From Candidatus Bathyarchaeota archaeon (lineage in GTDB: Archaea > Thermoproteota > Bathyarchaeia > Bathyarchaeales > Bathycorpusculaceae), in NCBI GenBank assembly GCA_963811105.1, contig CAWEPZ010000014.1:1-37263 (forward strand): a stretch of 37,263 bases of DNA, written 5' to 3'. The translations under genes were made by a program, and so were the position numbers. Below are positions 1 through 8,413 of this stretch, in pieces. Position 1 is the first letter of the stretch. Each line of letters begins with the position of its first letter. Under the pieces are notes generated by a model. That model worked only from the letters and a program-made list of their open reading frames with translations, searched no databases and was not told the DNA's origin.

Positions 1-1
1 G

Positions 2-733
2 AAAGTTGAAGAAGGCACCAGGGAGGACTGGATAAAACTTTGCCGATTCCACTATCGAGGCCACGGCTTCTCAGTGGCAAGAAAATTCTTCCGCGTAAGC
101 AGAAACGGAGAACTCTGCGGCATCATCATCTACTCTTACCCGCCTCCAGCATGCTACGGCAGACGAATGGTTCTGCCCATCATGTCCATGACGGAAATAA
201 ACCAGCAACTAAGCACAATCAACCGGGTTGTTATTCACCCAAAATACCGAACCATAGGTCTAGGAGCTAAGCTGATTCGGGAAAGCCTGCCGCTTGTCGG
301 AACACCGTATGTGGAGCTGATCGCAGTGATGGCAAAATATAATCCCTTTGCAGAGAAGGCAGGCATGCAAAAAATCACTCAACAAACCATGGTCGAGAGC
401 GTAGCCAAAGTTTCTAAAGCCCTGCAGAACTTAGGCTTCACAATGCAACTCCTGGGCAGCACCCACTACGTAGAATCCAAGCTTCAAAACCTAAGTAGCG
501 AAGAAATGATTTGCCTAAAAGAAGCATTTATCAGAAATGCCCATCCGAGGTTCAAAAAAGTCTTCTCCGGGAAAGGCCAGCCGTACGGGAAAGGATCCGC
601 CTATCTGCAGCACATCCAGGATGCGGACCTAACAAAAATGGCCAAACTGATAAAGATCACCAGCATGCTCCTGCAAACGAAAGTTTACCTATTTTGGTCC
701 CGCTATTCAAGCACCATACTGGCTCAAAGTTAG
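2..733 (+). CDS. 5'-partial GNAT-type acetyltransferase domain, probably the C-terminal half of an ABC-ATPase/acetyltransferase fusion (COG2401-like)
   Basis: The frame is open from base 2 (KVEEGTREDWIKLCRFHYRGH...). It contains the FHYR motif and the acetyl-CoA-binding motif RVVIHPKYRTIGLGAKL, plus MAKYNPFAEKAGM. Confidence 0.75.
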   Translation, partial: KVEEGTREDWIKLCRFHYRGHGFSVARKFFRVSRNGELCGIIIYSYPPPACYGRRMVLPIMSMTEINQQLSTINRVVIHPKYRTIGLGAKLIRESLPLVGTPYVELIAVMAKYNPFAEKAGMQKITQQTMVESVAKVSKALQNLGFTMQLLGSTHYVESKLQNLSSEEMICLKEAFIRNAHPRFKKVFSGKGQPYGKGSAYLQHIQDADLTKMAKLIKITSMLLQTKVYLFWSRYSSTILAQS

Positions 734-1486
734 ACTCGACAGCACCTCTGTTTCTGGAAGATGCGTTAAATTGGTGCTAGGGCTCAACGTTTTTTAGTGA
801 TTGAAAATGTTGATGGAAAAACTTGGAAAAAAGAACTTTAGATTTTTAGAAAAAGAAGTAATAGAATTTTTTGACGATATGAGAAAAGATAAGTATTTGG
901 GAAAACCAGATATAGAAATTTCAGAAATTCTAAGGTTCAATATGTTCATTAACTTTCCTGCGTGTTTCAACGTTAGCCTAGTTAATGATCTTTCTTAATT
1001 TTTTTTTAGAATTTTTGTGGTAATTGAGGCTTGATCAAATGATTCCTCTACGAGAACAGAAAAGGAATGGAGCAATCAACCATCAATACGAGCTGTATTT
1101 ACAGAAGAAAGCTATATGCGTTTTCTATTCTGTTTGCGGGAACTCCCAAAGCGGCCTTTGTCTCCATGGCGGCACCGGCAGCGGAACGAAAAAAGCGCAG
1201 AGAGGGATTTCTTCATCCCGTCGAATGTCCGTCGCTTGATCGCTCTGAGAAAATTATCGCTAGTTTAAAGAATGTTACGGCTTTGGTCTTTAGCTGATTA
1301 TGACCGCTAGTATGCTGCTGCAGTGAGGGTTCGCCTTTTCTGGCCTGACAGCGAAAAGTAAATTTTAAAGTTCATATATGAAGTCTTCACTTTCACTATC
1401 CTCTCTCCACTGTACTAAATAGTTGTTTGGGGAGTTGGTTTTTAAGGGTTTTTAGCGCACATGTGGGTTACTGAGAGGTTTAGGAA

Positions 1487-1663
1487 ATGGATAGTGAGAG
1501 TTATCGTCATGGATTTGAAGCTGCTCTTGAACTTTGTGTCGCAGAAATACGTCAGTGCGAAAACAAGGAGCAGTACTTAGAAAAGATAGGTGAGTTTTTA
1601 GAGTTAATCAAAGAGGATAAGATTGATCGATTGAGAGAAATGATCTGGAACATTAAACGATAG
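1487..1663 (+). CDS. small hypothetical protein (58 aa)
   Basis: Read manually, below the ORF-track cutoff: MDSESYRHGFEAALELCVAEIRQCENKEQYLEKIGEFLELIKEDKIDRLREMIWNIKR*. A GAGG SD-like motif lies upstream and the composition is helical and protein-like. Confidence 0.6.
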   Translation: MDSESYRHGFEAALELCVAEIRQCENKEQYLEKIGEFLELIKEDKIDRLREMIWNIKR

Positions 1664-1787
1664 TTCTTCTTAATTTTCTCAAATCTTCAACAGTTCTCAA
1701 GATGCAAACCCACAATAGAAGATTAATCCAAAATATGAATTTCAGTTTCAGAGGTTTTTAATTCGCTCCCTTGTATACCAACTGAGC

Positions 1788-2276
1788 ATGGACATCGCAG
1801 TATTCGCCGTCATATTCTTATTTAATCCGTTATTCTGGATCGTTGTTATATATGTTTTAGTAAAAATATTCAGGACAAACAATAGCACATTCCCGCGGCT
1901 AAATACGCCCTCGTATGGTATTCAATCGATTACTGATAATGGCGAAGTGGTCAGGAGTTTTTCTGAAAGGCGAATTGCCAATTATTTCAAAAAGAATAAT
2001 GTAAGGTACGTTTATGAGAAAAGCGCTGATCATGTAATAAGAAACCCAGATTTCTATCTGCTGGATTATGATGTTTATGTTGAGTTTTGGGGTTTGTTGA
2101 ATGCGGACGACTCATTAACTAGAGAGAATTACGAACGAAATATGAGACGAAAAATGGCAATTTATCACAAAAGAAGCAAGCGACTAGTTTCCATTTATCC
2201 GAAAAACTTGGAAAACTTGGATTGGATTTTCAGAAAAAGATTCAAGAAAGCAACTGGGTTCGATCTCCCAAACTAA
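1788..2276 (+). CDS. membrane-anchored PD-(D/E)XK-type nuclease domain protein (resembles the nuclease domain appended to helicase IV/UvrD proteins)
   Basis: N-terminal hydrophobic helix followed by GEVVRSFSERRIANY..Y.YE..PDFYL....VYVEFWG. Confidence 0.7.
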   Translation: MDIAVFAVIFLFNPLFWIVVIYVLVKIFRTNNSTFPRLNTPSYGIQSITDNGEVVRSFSERRIANYFKKNNVRYVYEKSADHVIRNPDFYLLDYDVYVEFWGLLNADDSLTRENYERNMRRKMAIYHKRSKRLVSIYPKNLENLDWIFRKRFKKATGFDLPN

Positions 2277-2294
2277 AAAAGACTTAGAGAGAAG

Positions 2295-2508
2295 TTTTTG
2301 TGTTTTGTGTTGTGTGTTGTTTTGTCGTGCTGTTTTGTTGAGGTTGTGGGTGCTTAGGGGTTAGTAGTATAGTAAGAGAAAGAGTAGTCGTTTAGTTAGG
2401 AGTTAGCAGAGAGAGAAAATTAAAGTTTAATCCAACCAACATAACTACTAACTACACCTATCCATATCTACCTACATACATATACATACAACACAGTACA
2501 CACGCACA
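2295..2508. repeat. site A: palindromic core ATTAAAGTTTAAT (2419-2431) with G/T-rich left tract and C/A-rich right tract
   Basis: The sequence reads ...gttagtagtatagt...gagagagaaaATTAAAGTTTAATccaaccaacataactactaactac...catacatatacatac. Strand skew flips at the core. Confidence 0.8.
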
Positions 2509-2696
2509 ATGAGTGCTTGGTATTTGGGTTTGTTTGATAGGCAATCTGTTCGGAGTCTTCTTTTAGCTTCTTGGTCTGGTGGGGGGAGTTTTTCGTATTC
2601 TGCAAGCTTTTCAATTGGGCGCAAGAAGTGATCGAATGTTTCTTCGTTAACTTTTTGGATGACTATGGAGCTCTCTTTTTTGTTCATGGCAGTCAT
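2472..2696 (-). pseudogene. 3'-truncated GNAT N-acetyltransferase (SSAT/diamine-acetyltransferase-like N-terminus)
   Basis: IEKLAEYEKLPPPDQEAKRRL...KPKYQAL matches the N-terminus of SSAT-like GNATs. The reading frame runs into the low-complexity tract at about 2510 (VRVYCVVCICM*) and lacks the acetyl-CoA motif. Confidence 0.65.
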
Positions 2697-2744
2697 TTGG
2701 TTGTTTACGGGTTATAAAGTTATTCAGCCTGCTGGCACTTGGTT

Positions 2745-2764
2745 GCAAAAAAAGAAAGAGAGGA
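2745..2764 (-). terminator. oligo-pyrimidine/T-tract terminator of the beta-propeller gene
   Basis: The minus strand reads TCCTCTCTTTCTTTTTTT just after the stop at 2778. Confidence 0.5.
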
Positions 2765-2777
2765 TTTGTGCGGGATT

Positions 2778-5153
2778 TTATTTCTTTCTAAGCAACAAAA
2801 CTGTTGCTATGGCTATTGCAATAATTATGGCGATTGCTGCCACGGCTGTGTATGTCATTAGGTCTGTTGTTGTTGCCAATGTTAATAGTGCCCCTGTTGA
2901 GGTTGGTGTAGCGGTTGCTTGGGTTAACGTTGCGTAGGTTGTGGCTTTAGAGCTGCCGTATGAGTCGTCGCCTGCGAAGGTTGCGGTTATTTTGTATGGT
3001 CCGGGGATTGTCGGTGTCCAGGTGTAGCCGTAGGTGCCGCTTGTTCCGTCAGTTGTTACTATTGCTATGTGTACGTTGTTTCCGTTAGGATCGATTGCGT
3101 CTATCGATACTGGGACTCCGGTTATGGTGGTGTCTGGGGGTATTTGTTTTTGCATGTGGAGATATTCCATCCAAGTTGTCATTGAAGTGTTGGATACGCA
3201 TGGGGTGTTTGGTTGTCCTGGTGATTGGTCCATGACTGTGCCTGTTATGACTGCGCCTTGTCCCATTGTTACAGTTGTACTGGGTGCGGAGATTGTGCTG
3301 GCGGTTTGGCCTTTGCTAAAGCAGTAAAGCATTCCATCGTATGCGTTTGCTTCTACTAGGTAATTGTCGGCTATTATGGGTACGTTTGCTGTGCCTCCAC
3401 CGCCTCCATCCCCTGGTATTTGGCAAGAGATGTTCCATATTTCTGTTCCTGTCATTGCGTCTATGCAACTTAGCTTTCCGCCTCTATAGAGAGGGGTTGG
3501 TGGGGTGTGCAGGCTCATGGATATGTAGAGTTTTCCATCTGCTATGGCTGCCGGGTGATCGTAGGGCCATGTGTTATAGGGGGTTTCGCCGTTGGAGTTC
3601 CCTTGGTTATATATCCATTTTATATGTCCCGTGTTGGCGTCATAGCAGTAAACGCCATTGTAGGCAAATCCGTAGAAGTTGCCATATGCTGCGGCTGAAC
3701 TGTAGGCCCATCCAAAGCCATAGGGGTATTGTGGTGCGTCGCTGGTCCACACCTTCTTTCCTGTGTCAAGATCAAAGCAGTCGAAGTATCCGTTGTCATT
3801 TACGGCGATTACCTTTCCGTAGGCGGCAGAAGTTGTGCTAGTGCTGTAGCATCTTCCGGTCATAGATGTATTCCAAAGGAGTGCTCCTGTGACTAAGTCA
3901 GCTCCTCCGACCCATCCGTTGAGGATGTAGTTGGGGTCTCTGTTTACGAATACTCCTACTTGGCGGCCTGAGGCTGATGTGCCAATGCATGTTAAACCTG
4001 AGAACGGCCAGGATACGTTGTAGAGAATTGAATTAGCTAAAGTGTATGAACCGGTTGAGATAAGGCCTAATGTGGTGTTTGCGGTGTTGCCTGGGCTCCA
4101 ACAGAGTAAAGTGTATGTGGTTCCGTTAGCGTAGATTGAGTATGCCCATGGCGAAATTAGTTGTGTCGCTGTCAAGAATCCGCTTTGATTTAGCATTATA
4201 TTTCCGTATAGTGCGTTGTATTCTATGAGATTTGTACCGATTGACATCGGGATCATGGTTGGCCTGATTTCTTCTAGGCTGCCTGCTTCGGGACGTGACA
4301 TTGCATACATGAGGGCAGTTACGCTGCCGGGCGCTGTCCAGAGTAGTTTTCCTGTCGCCATGTCAATGCATCGCAGACCATCCGGGGCGTTCATGTAGCC
4401 TAGGCCTTGGCTGATGTAGGAGATGCCTTGAGTGTTTATGTATTCTTGTCCGTAGTTGGAGTCACTACCATAGCCTCCTTGGATTCCACTAATGGTGGTT
4501 CTCATACTCCATAGAACGTGGGCTGTGTTTGGTGCTTTGCTCCAGGGATTGAAGTTTATTTTAGAGGCGTTGTAGCTTCCTATGGGCCAGTCACCTGCGA
4601 CCGAGTACCATTCTCTGTTTTCGCTGTTGATTGGGTAGGTCCAATAGTCTGTTGGAAGCGGAGATAATGGCCAGCCTGCTAGGGGTTCTTGCGTTACCGT
4701 GAACGTTGTTACTGGGCTTGTGGCTGGTGGCCAGATGTTACCTGTTACGTTTGCTCCCGAGAAGTAGAATACCGCTGTCCAGTTTCCCACTTGATCGGGT
4801 ATGTAGTTGAACCACATGGTTGCGTCGGGGTATATCGCTCCCGATGATTGCCATACGTACGTGGTCTTATCAGGTTTTGTTAGAGTCACCGTATAGTTTC
4901 CTAGGTATCCGTATTGTGAGTTTGTTATTTTGCTAGTGCTTGGTGTTACCCATGCGTTAACTAGCAGTGTTTGACCTACGCCTATTTTGGGGTAGGGACT
5001 AACGCTCAGGTAGGCTAGTGTGTGCATTGTGACCCCTGTGACTTGTCCGTCAACAGCTGGTAGTTTTGGTAATACTGGGAGGGCTATCATCATTAGAAGA
5101 AGTGTCAGTAACGTTATGAATTTCGTTTCCTTTCTATAAATTTTCGTTTGCAT
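2778..5153 (-). CDS. secreted, C-terminally membrane-anchored PQQ-like beta-propeller surface protein (791 aa)
   Basis: Signal peptide, repeated D..TG...W blade motifs, conserved PLPTDYWT.PI..ENREW block, C-terminal Ig-like domain, Thr-rich linker, TM helix and LRKK tail. Confidence 0.85.
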   Translation of the reverse strand: MQTKIYRKETKFITLLTLLLMMIALPVLPKLPAVDGQVTGVTMHTLAYLSVSPYPKIGVGQTLLVNAWVTPSTSKITNSQYGYLGNYTVTLTKPDKTTYVWQSSGAIYPDATMWFNYIPDQVGNWTAVFYFSGANVTGNIWPPATSPVTTFTVTQEPLAGWPLSPLPTDYWTYPINSENREWYSVAGDWPIGSYNASKINFNPWSKAPNTAHVLWSMRTTISGIQGGYGSDSNYGQEYINTQGISYISQGLGYMNAPDGLRCIDMATGKLLWTAPGSVTALMYAMSRPEAGSLEEIRPTMIPMSIGTNLIEYNALYGNIMLNQSGFLTATQLISPWAYSIYANGTTYTLLCWSPGNTANTTLGLISTGSYTLANSILYNVSWPFSGLTCIGTSASGRQVGVFVNRDPNYILNGWVGGADLVTGALLWNTSMTGRCYSTSTTSAAYGKVIAVNDNGYFDCFDLDTGKKVWTSDAPQYPYGFGWAYSSAAAYGNFYGFAYNGVYCYDANTGHIKWIYNQGNSNGETPYNTWPYDHPAAIADGKLYISMSLHTPPTPLYRGGKLSCIDAMTGTEIWNISCQIPGDGGGGGTANVPIIADNYLVEANAYDGMLYCFSKGQTASTISAPSTTVTMGQGAVITGTVMDQSPGQPNTPCVSNTSMTTWMEYLHMQKQIPPDTTITGVPVSIDAIDPNGNNVHIAIVTTDGTSGTYGYTWTPTIPGPYKITATFAGDDSYGSSKATTYATLTQATATPTSTGALLTLATTTDLMTYTAVAAIAIIIAIAIATVLLLRKK

Positions 5154-5170
5154 TTTCTCCTGTAGACTTT

Positions 5171-5287
5171 AGAGAAAAGGCTTATGCGAAGAAAGCGCCT
5201 TCGCTCTCAGCGCGAAGCACTTTGCTCAGCAAATAGATAAGTTTGTAGCTACTTATAAGACTAAGTGGAAAGGTCTCACTGACAACA
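5171..5287 (-). promoter_or_regulatory. promoter and structured 5' leader of beta-propeller gene 1
   Basis: TATA-like CTTATAAG (5252-5259), upstream TGTTGTCAGT box and leader hairpin at 5192-5223. The layout is shared with the paralog at 11093-11201. Confidence 0.6.
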
Positions 5288-5441
5288 GAGAGCCAATCCA
5301 TTTTTCGCTCTTATTTTTCTGGAGTTCAAGGCTGGTTGCAGCAGTCTCTCGAGCAGTTACCAAATTAAACAGTAGAAGAAACCGTTGAAGACTCAACCTT
5401 CTTGGGTTTTAGCAAATATATTTTCACATAACTAAGATATT

Positions 5442-5561
5442 GACAGAGAGAGACAGACATTAGGCACGCGTACGCGTGCGTGAGTGCGAGTACGTGCTTA
5501 AGTGAGTACGTAGTCGTAGACGTACGTTCGTTCGAGAGAGAGAAAGATTAAAATTTAATCT
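5442..5561. repeat. site B: 4-nt-periodic tract ending in perfect palindrome AGATTAAA-A-TTTAATCT (5545-5561)
   Basis: The sequence reads gcacgcgtacgcgtgc...gagtacgtagtcgtagacgtacgttcgttcgagagagagaaAGATTAAAATTTAATCTat. Confidence 0.8.
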
Positions 5562-5685
5562 ATGTGTTTCAACGATGCTTCGATGACCTGCAAGAACAGA
5601 CAGGGAAGGCAGGTTATTTAGTTCTCAACGCATTGCGACACACAAGTATCAATCAAGCATGTGCGAAGTTTTTGGTCTCAGTATT

Positions 5686-5856
5686 TCATTGGAGTTCTGT
5701 TCCACACATAGGACAATCCTTTGCCTTCTTGTTTCCTTTAATTATCATTCCTAAATTGCAATTGTAACAGAGACGTATATGGCATTCTTTGCAGCAGAAG
5801 GTTGCTCCAACTCTGCCACATGCATCACACGTTTTCCACCAACACTCGTTACACAA
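5686..5856 (-). pseudogene. small Cys-rich zinc-finger ORF (56 aa), probably the remnant of a longer gene
   Basis: Manual translation from TTG: MCNECWWKTCDACGRVGATFCCKECHIRLCYNCNLGMIIKGNKKAKDCPMCGTELQ*. It has five CxxC pairs and an in-frame stop three codons upstream. Confidence 0.6.
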
Positions 5857-6043
5857 TAAAGGTCAGACTTTCAACATGTATAAGCGAAGTCGCTAAGACT
5901 ACAACGTGGAAACCACGCTTATAGACAGTATCAACTACTTGATAGCACTATTTTCAGCAGGATAATTTCCTTTAACCATCAATAGTAACAAAAATATGAG
6001 ACAAAAGATAATGTTTGCTCTTTTAGACACATAACTAATGCAG

Positions 6044-6170
6044 AATTAAATCTTAATCCAACCAAATAAATTGACTAACTATCTAACTAACCTACTATCT
6101 AACTAACAACTAACTAACCAACTAACTAACTACATAATTAACTACATAATAACTACGTAACTAAATATAG
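6044..6170. repeat. site C: core AATTAAATCTTAATC followed by CCAACCAA and an (ACTA)n-like tract
   Basis: The sequence reads gAATTAAATCTTAATCcaaccaaataaattgactaactatctaactaacctactatctaactaac... The tract ends about 50 bp from the integrase stop codon. Confidence 0.8.
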
Positions 6171-6220
6171 ATATGCATTAATTCTTTGACATATAGGTTA
6201 ACTTTTGACGTTTCGAGTGG

Positions 6221-7498
6221 TCATTTGCGTTGTCTAAACAGCTTTTTACCATCAATTTCTGTGATATATTCGAAACCAACTTCAAGAAGTTGGCAGGCTT
6301 CCTCCAGCGTTGCTGCAACCTTAACATTGTATTCGTTGGAAGCCAAGTTGAACGCCATTTTTTCCATGTTAATGTAGATTTCCGTAGTCATCGTATGCTT
6401 ATGTCCTAGCATTTGAGCAACGTGGTGGATGTCGCGTGTTTTGTGATACAGTAGGGTAGCGTACCAGTGACGGATTAGGTGATAGTGGATTTTTGCGATT
6501 CTGGGATTATTTAGCCTCTTAGCAATTCGTTTCCTCTGGTTAATTAGGCAAGTTGTTGCGCTGCCCTTGTTCATTTTTCCGAAGATCTTGTCGCTTTCTT
6601 TAGGGAGGCTGTTGAGCATTCCTATTAGTGTGGTCGATACGTTGAAGACTCTTGGTGAGCTGCGTTTTTCAGCATGCGTCAATGTTATGATTCGCATGTC
6701 AGCGTTAACGCAAATCCAGGTCAATCTTAGACATTCTCCGAGCCGCACACCAGTTTCTTTCATTAATTGCAGTAGCGCACTTGTCCTTTTTCCGCAGCCA
6801 GCAATAAGTTGATCAAGCTCAATTTCAGTAGGTAGAAATTCAGGCAGTTTTTCAACGAAGCCGTATTTTGGCGGTTTCCACGTTTTTCCAAGAAAACTCA
6901 GGAATCTTGTGTAGGCGCAACTATAGAGAAATTTCGTGTTTTCGGTTATAGTCATTTTTGCAAGGGCTTCTTTTACGCTTTCTGGATCAGTGATTAAGGG
7001 AGTGTATCTTGATATGCTTCTTATTGCTGTTGTGAAAGTGCGAGCAGTGATTTGCTTTAAGCCTTCTTTTTTGCAGTAAAATTCGAATTGCAGTAGTTTA
7101 CCTTTAATGTCTGCTTCAGTTGTTTTCTCCATTCCCGCAACGGTTTTTATTTCTGCTGCAGGATCCAAATTTTTCGCCTCAAATGCGCATATTTGGCGAT
7201 TAAAAAGTAACTTTGATGGGTTATTTATTGACCATTTATGATTTTCTTGTAGCGGTTTTTCCGAGAATCTATACCCGCAATCTCTGCAGAGCCAAAGTTG
7301 CATAGGCTCGTTGCCTTTTGGATAGTATAAGCCATCTTTGTAGAGCCGTTTTGATGAGCATTCAGGGCATTCCAAATTTGACTGTTTGGGGGGTTGGTGC
7401 AAGTGGCTTGCTTCATTTTCAGCCAACTTCCCGTTTGAATCTTGCTTTAAGCCAAATATGCCTGAGGCATTATTTTGGAAGCCAACCTTTCCCCCCAA
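6221..7498 (-). CDS. tyrosine recombinase/integrase with N-terminal Zn-ribbon (Int1)
   Basis: CPEC...CRDC Zn ribbon. Catalytic R (ETGVRLGE), K (AEK), HxxR (HLIRH), LGH and Y (TEIY). GGTGA SD lies before the TTG start. Confidence 0.92.
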   Translation of the reverse strand: MGGKVGFQNNASGIFGLKQDSNGKLAENEASHLHQPPKQSNLECPECSSKRLYKDGLYYPKGNEPMQLWLCRDCGYRFSEKPLQENHKWSINNPSKLLFNRQICAFEAKNLDPAAEIKTVAGMEKTTEADIKGKLLQFEFYCKKEGLKQITARTFTTAIRSISRYTPLITDPESVKEALAKMTITENTKFLYSCAYTRFLSFLGKTWKPPKYGFVEKLPEFLPTEIELDQLIAGCGKRTSALLQLMKETGVRLGECLRLTWICVNADMRIITLTHAEKRSSPRVFNVSTTLIGMLNSLPKESDKIFGKMNKGSATTCLINQRKRIAKRLNNPRIAKIHYHLIRHWYATLLYHKTRDIHHVAQMLGHKHTMTTEIYINMEKMAFNLASNEYNVKVAATLEEACQLLEVGFEYITEIDGKKLFRQRK

Positions 7499-7572
7499 TT
7501 CAACTCACCTTTGTTTCTTTTTTAGTACCGGTTTTCTCGACCGCCTCATAGATTGCTACAAAGATACCCAAT

Positions 7573-7821
7573 TCAGCGATAAAATGCAAAGCAAGTATAG
7601 ACCAAACGTTCCAAACGATAGATAAGAAATTCATACGATTGCTCAAGGATGGCTTTTTCCTCGTCTGTTAATCTGTTTAAAAGATGTTTAGCCTCCTCGT
7701 TCTGCTGATCAGGACTTTTCCCACCGTCTACTATGGCTTGTGCATCATTTTTGACCGCTGCTCTTATTTTCTGTGCGCGGTCATGCAGTTGCTGTTCGTC
7801 TGGGTCACCTACGTGGAGCAA
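7573..7821 (-). CDS. hypothetical protein in the integrase operon, possibly degraded
   Basis: Co-oriented between the 104-aa ORF and Int1. The frame stays open upstream to about 7900 without a canonical start. Confidence 0.5.
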   Translation of the reverse strand: MLHVGDPDEQQLHDRAQKIRAAVKNDAQAIVDGGKSPDQQNEEAKHLLNRLTDEEKAILEQSYEFLIYRLERLVYTCFAFYR

Positions 7822-7895
7822 TATGTCATCGTCCTCTGGCGGAAAGTCTAAAACATTGCTCTCTAGCTCGTGAAGTTTACGGCTTAAGACATTCG

Positions 7896-8210
7896 TTAGA
7901 ATCCTCTCCTATCCTTTTTGATGTCGTCTTGCGGTTTCGGAATCAGTATGCTGTTCTTGAGCTTCTCTTCTAACTCAATCACCCTTAGCTCCATTTCCTC
8001 GTCCTTGAGTATGCCGCCATAAGTTGAAACTGCGGAAACCAATATTTTTGCCCAACCCTGCTTTGCTTTGTCGCTGTTTCCCTCCGAGTGAATTTTTCGA
8101 TGAGAGAGGCTTAAAACGCCGTCTAAAACGCGAAATAAGGTGTTTCTGCGGTCTTTAGCTGAGCGGTTTGATGATGGTTTCTTGACGGTTTCTGTTTCAG
8201 GTTCACCCAA
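7896..8210 (-). CDS. hypothetical helical protein typical of archaeal mobile elements (104 aa)
   Basis: First gene of the apparent operon, with a KQGWAKIL...ELRVIELEEKLK coiled-coil pattern. A TATA-like CTTTAAAT lies on the minus strand at 8314-8321. Confidence 0.65.
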   Translation of the reverse strand: MGEPETETVKKPSSNRSAKDRRNTLFRVLDGVLSLSHRKIHSEGNSDKAKQGWAKILVSAVSTYGGILKDEEMELRVIELEEKLKNSILIPKPQDDIKKDRRGF

Positions 8211-8249
8211 CTTAAATGCCTGCTAACCTTGACTCCAACACCTGGAGGA

Positions 8250-8321
8250 AAGACAACAAAGCAAGTTACCACTCAAGACAACACAAAACAAGACAACAAT
8301 CGCTATATCAATCATTTAAAG
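8250..8321 (-). promoter_or_regulatory. putative promoter of the Int1 operon with three 9-bp direct repeats
   Basis: AAGACAACA occurs at 8250, 8275 and 8290, downstream (on the minus strand) of the TATA-like element at 8314-8321. Confidence 0.5.
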
Positions 8322-8413
8322 GTAAAAAACTTGTGCAGACTTACTGAAATCAAAAGCGGCGCTTAAATAAATAAATTAAAAAAAGGAAGGAATTGGGTTT
8401 TTAGTTTCTTGGT

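Noticed and set aside
801-1297. ORFs 801..998, 1024..1239 and 1067..1297
   Set aside because: They are short, partly mutually overlapping and without recognisable motifs, so they cannot be supported as genes.
2295-6170. CRISPR array or integron attC interpretation of the repeated cores and tracts
   Set aside because: There are no regularly spaced identical repeats with unique spacers, no cas genes and no convincing RYYYAAC...GTTRRRY attC hairpin. The integrases show no evident IntI-specific insertion.
7896-8210. Terminase small subunit call for the 104-aa protein
   Set aside because: There is only a vague helical resemblance, and no large terminase or virion genes are in the window.
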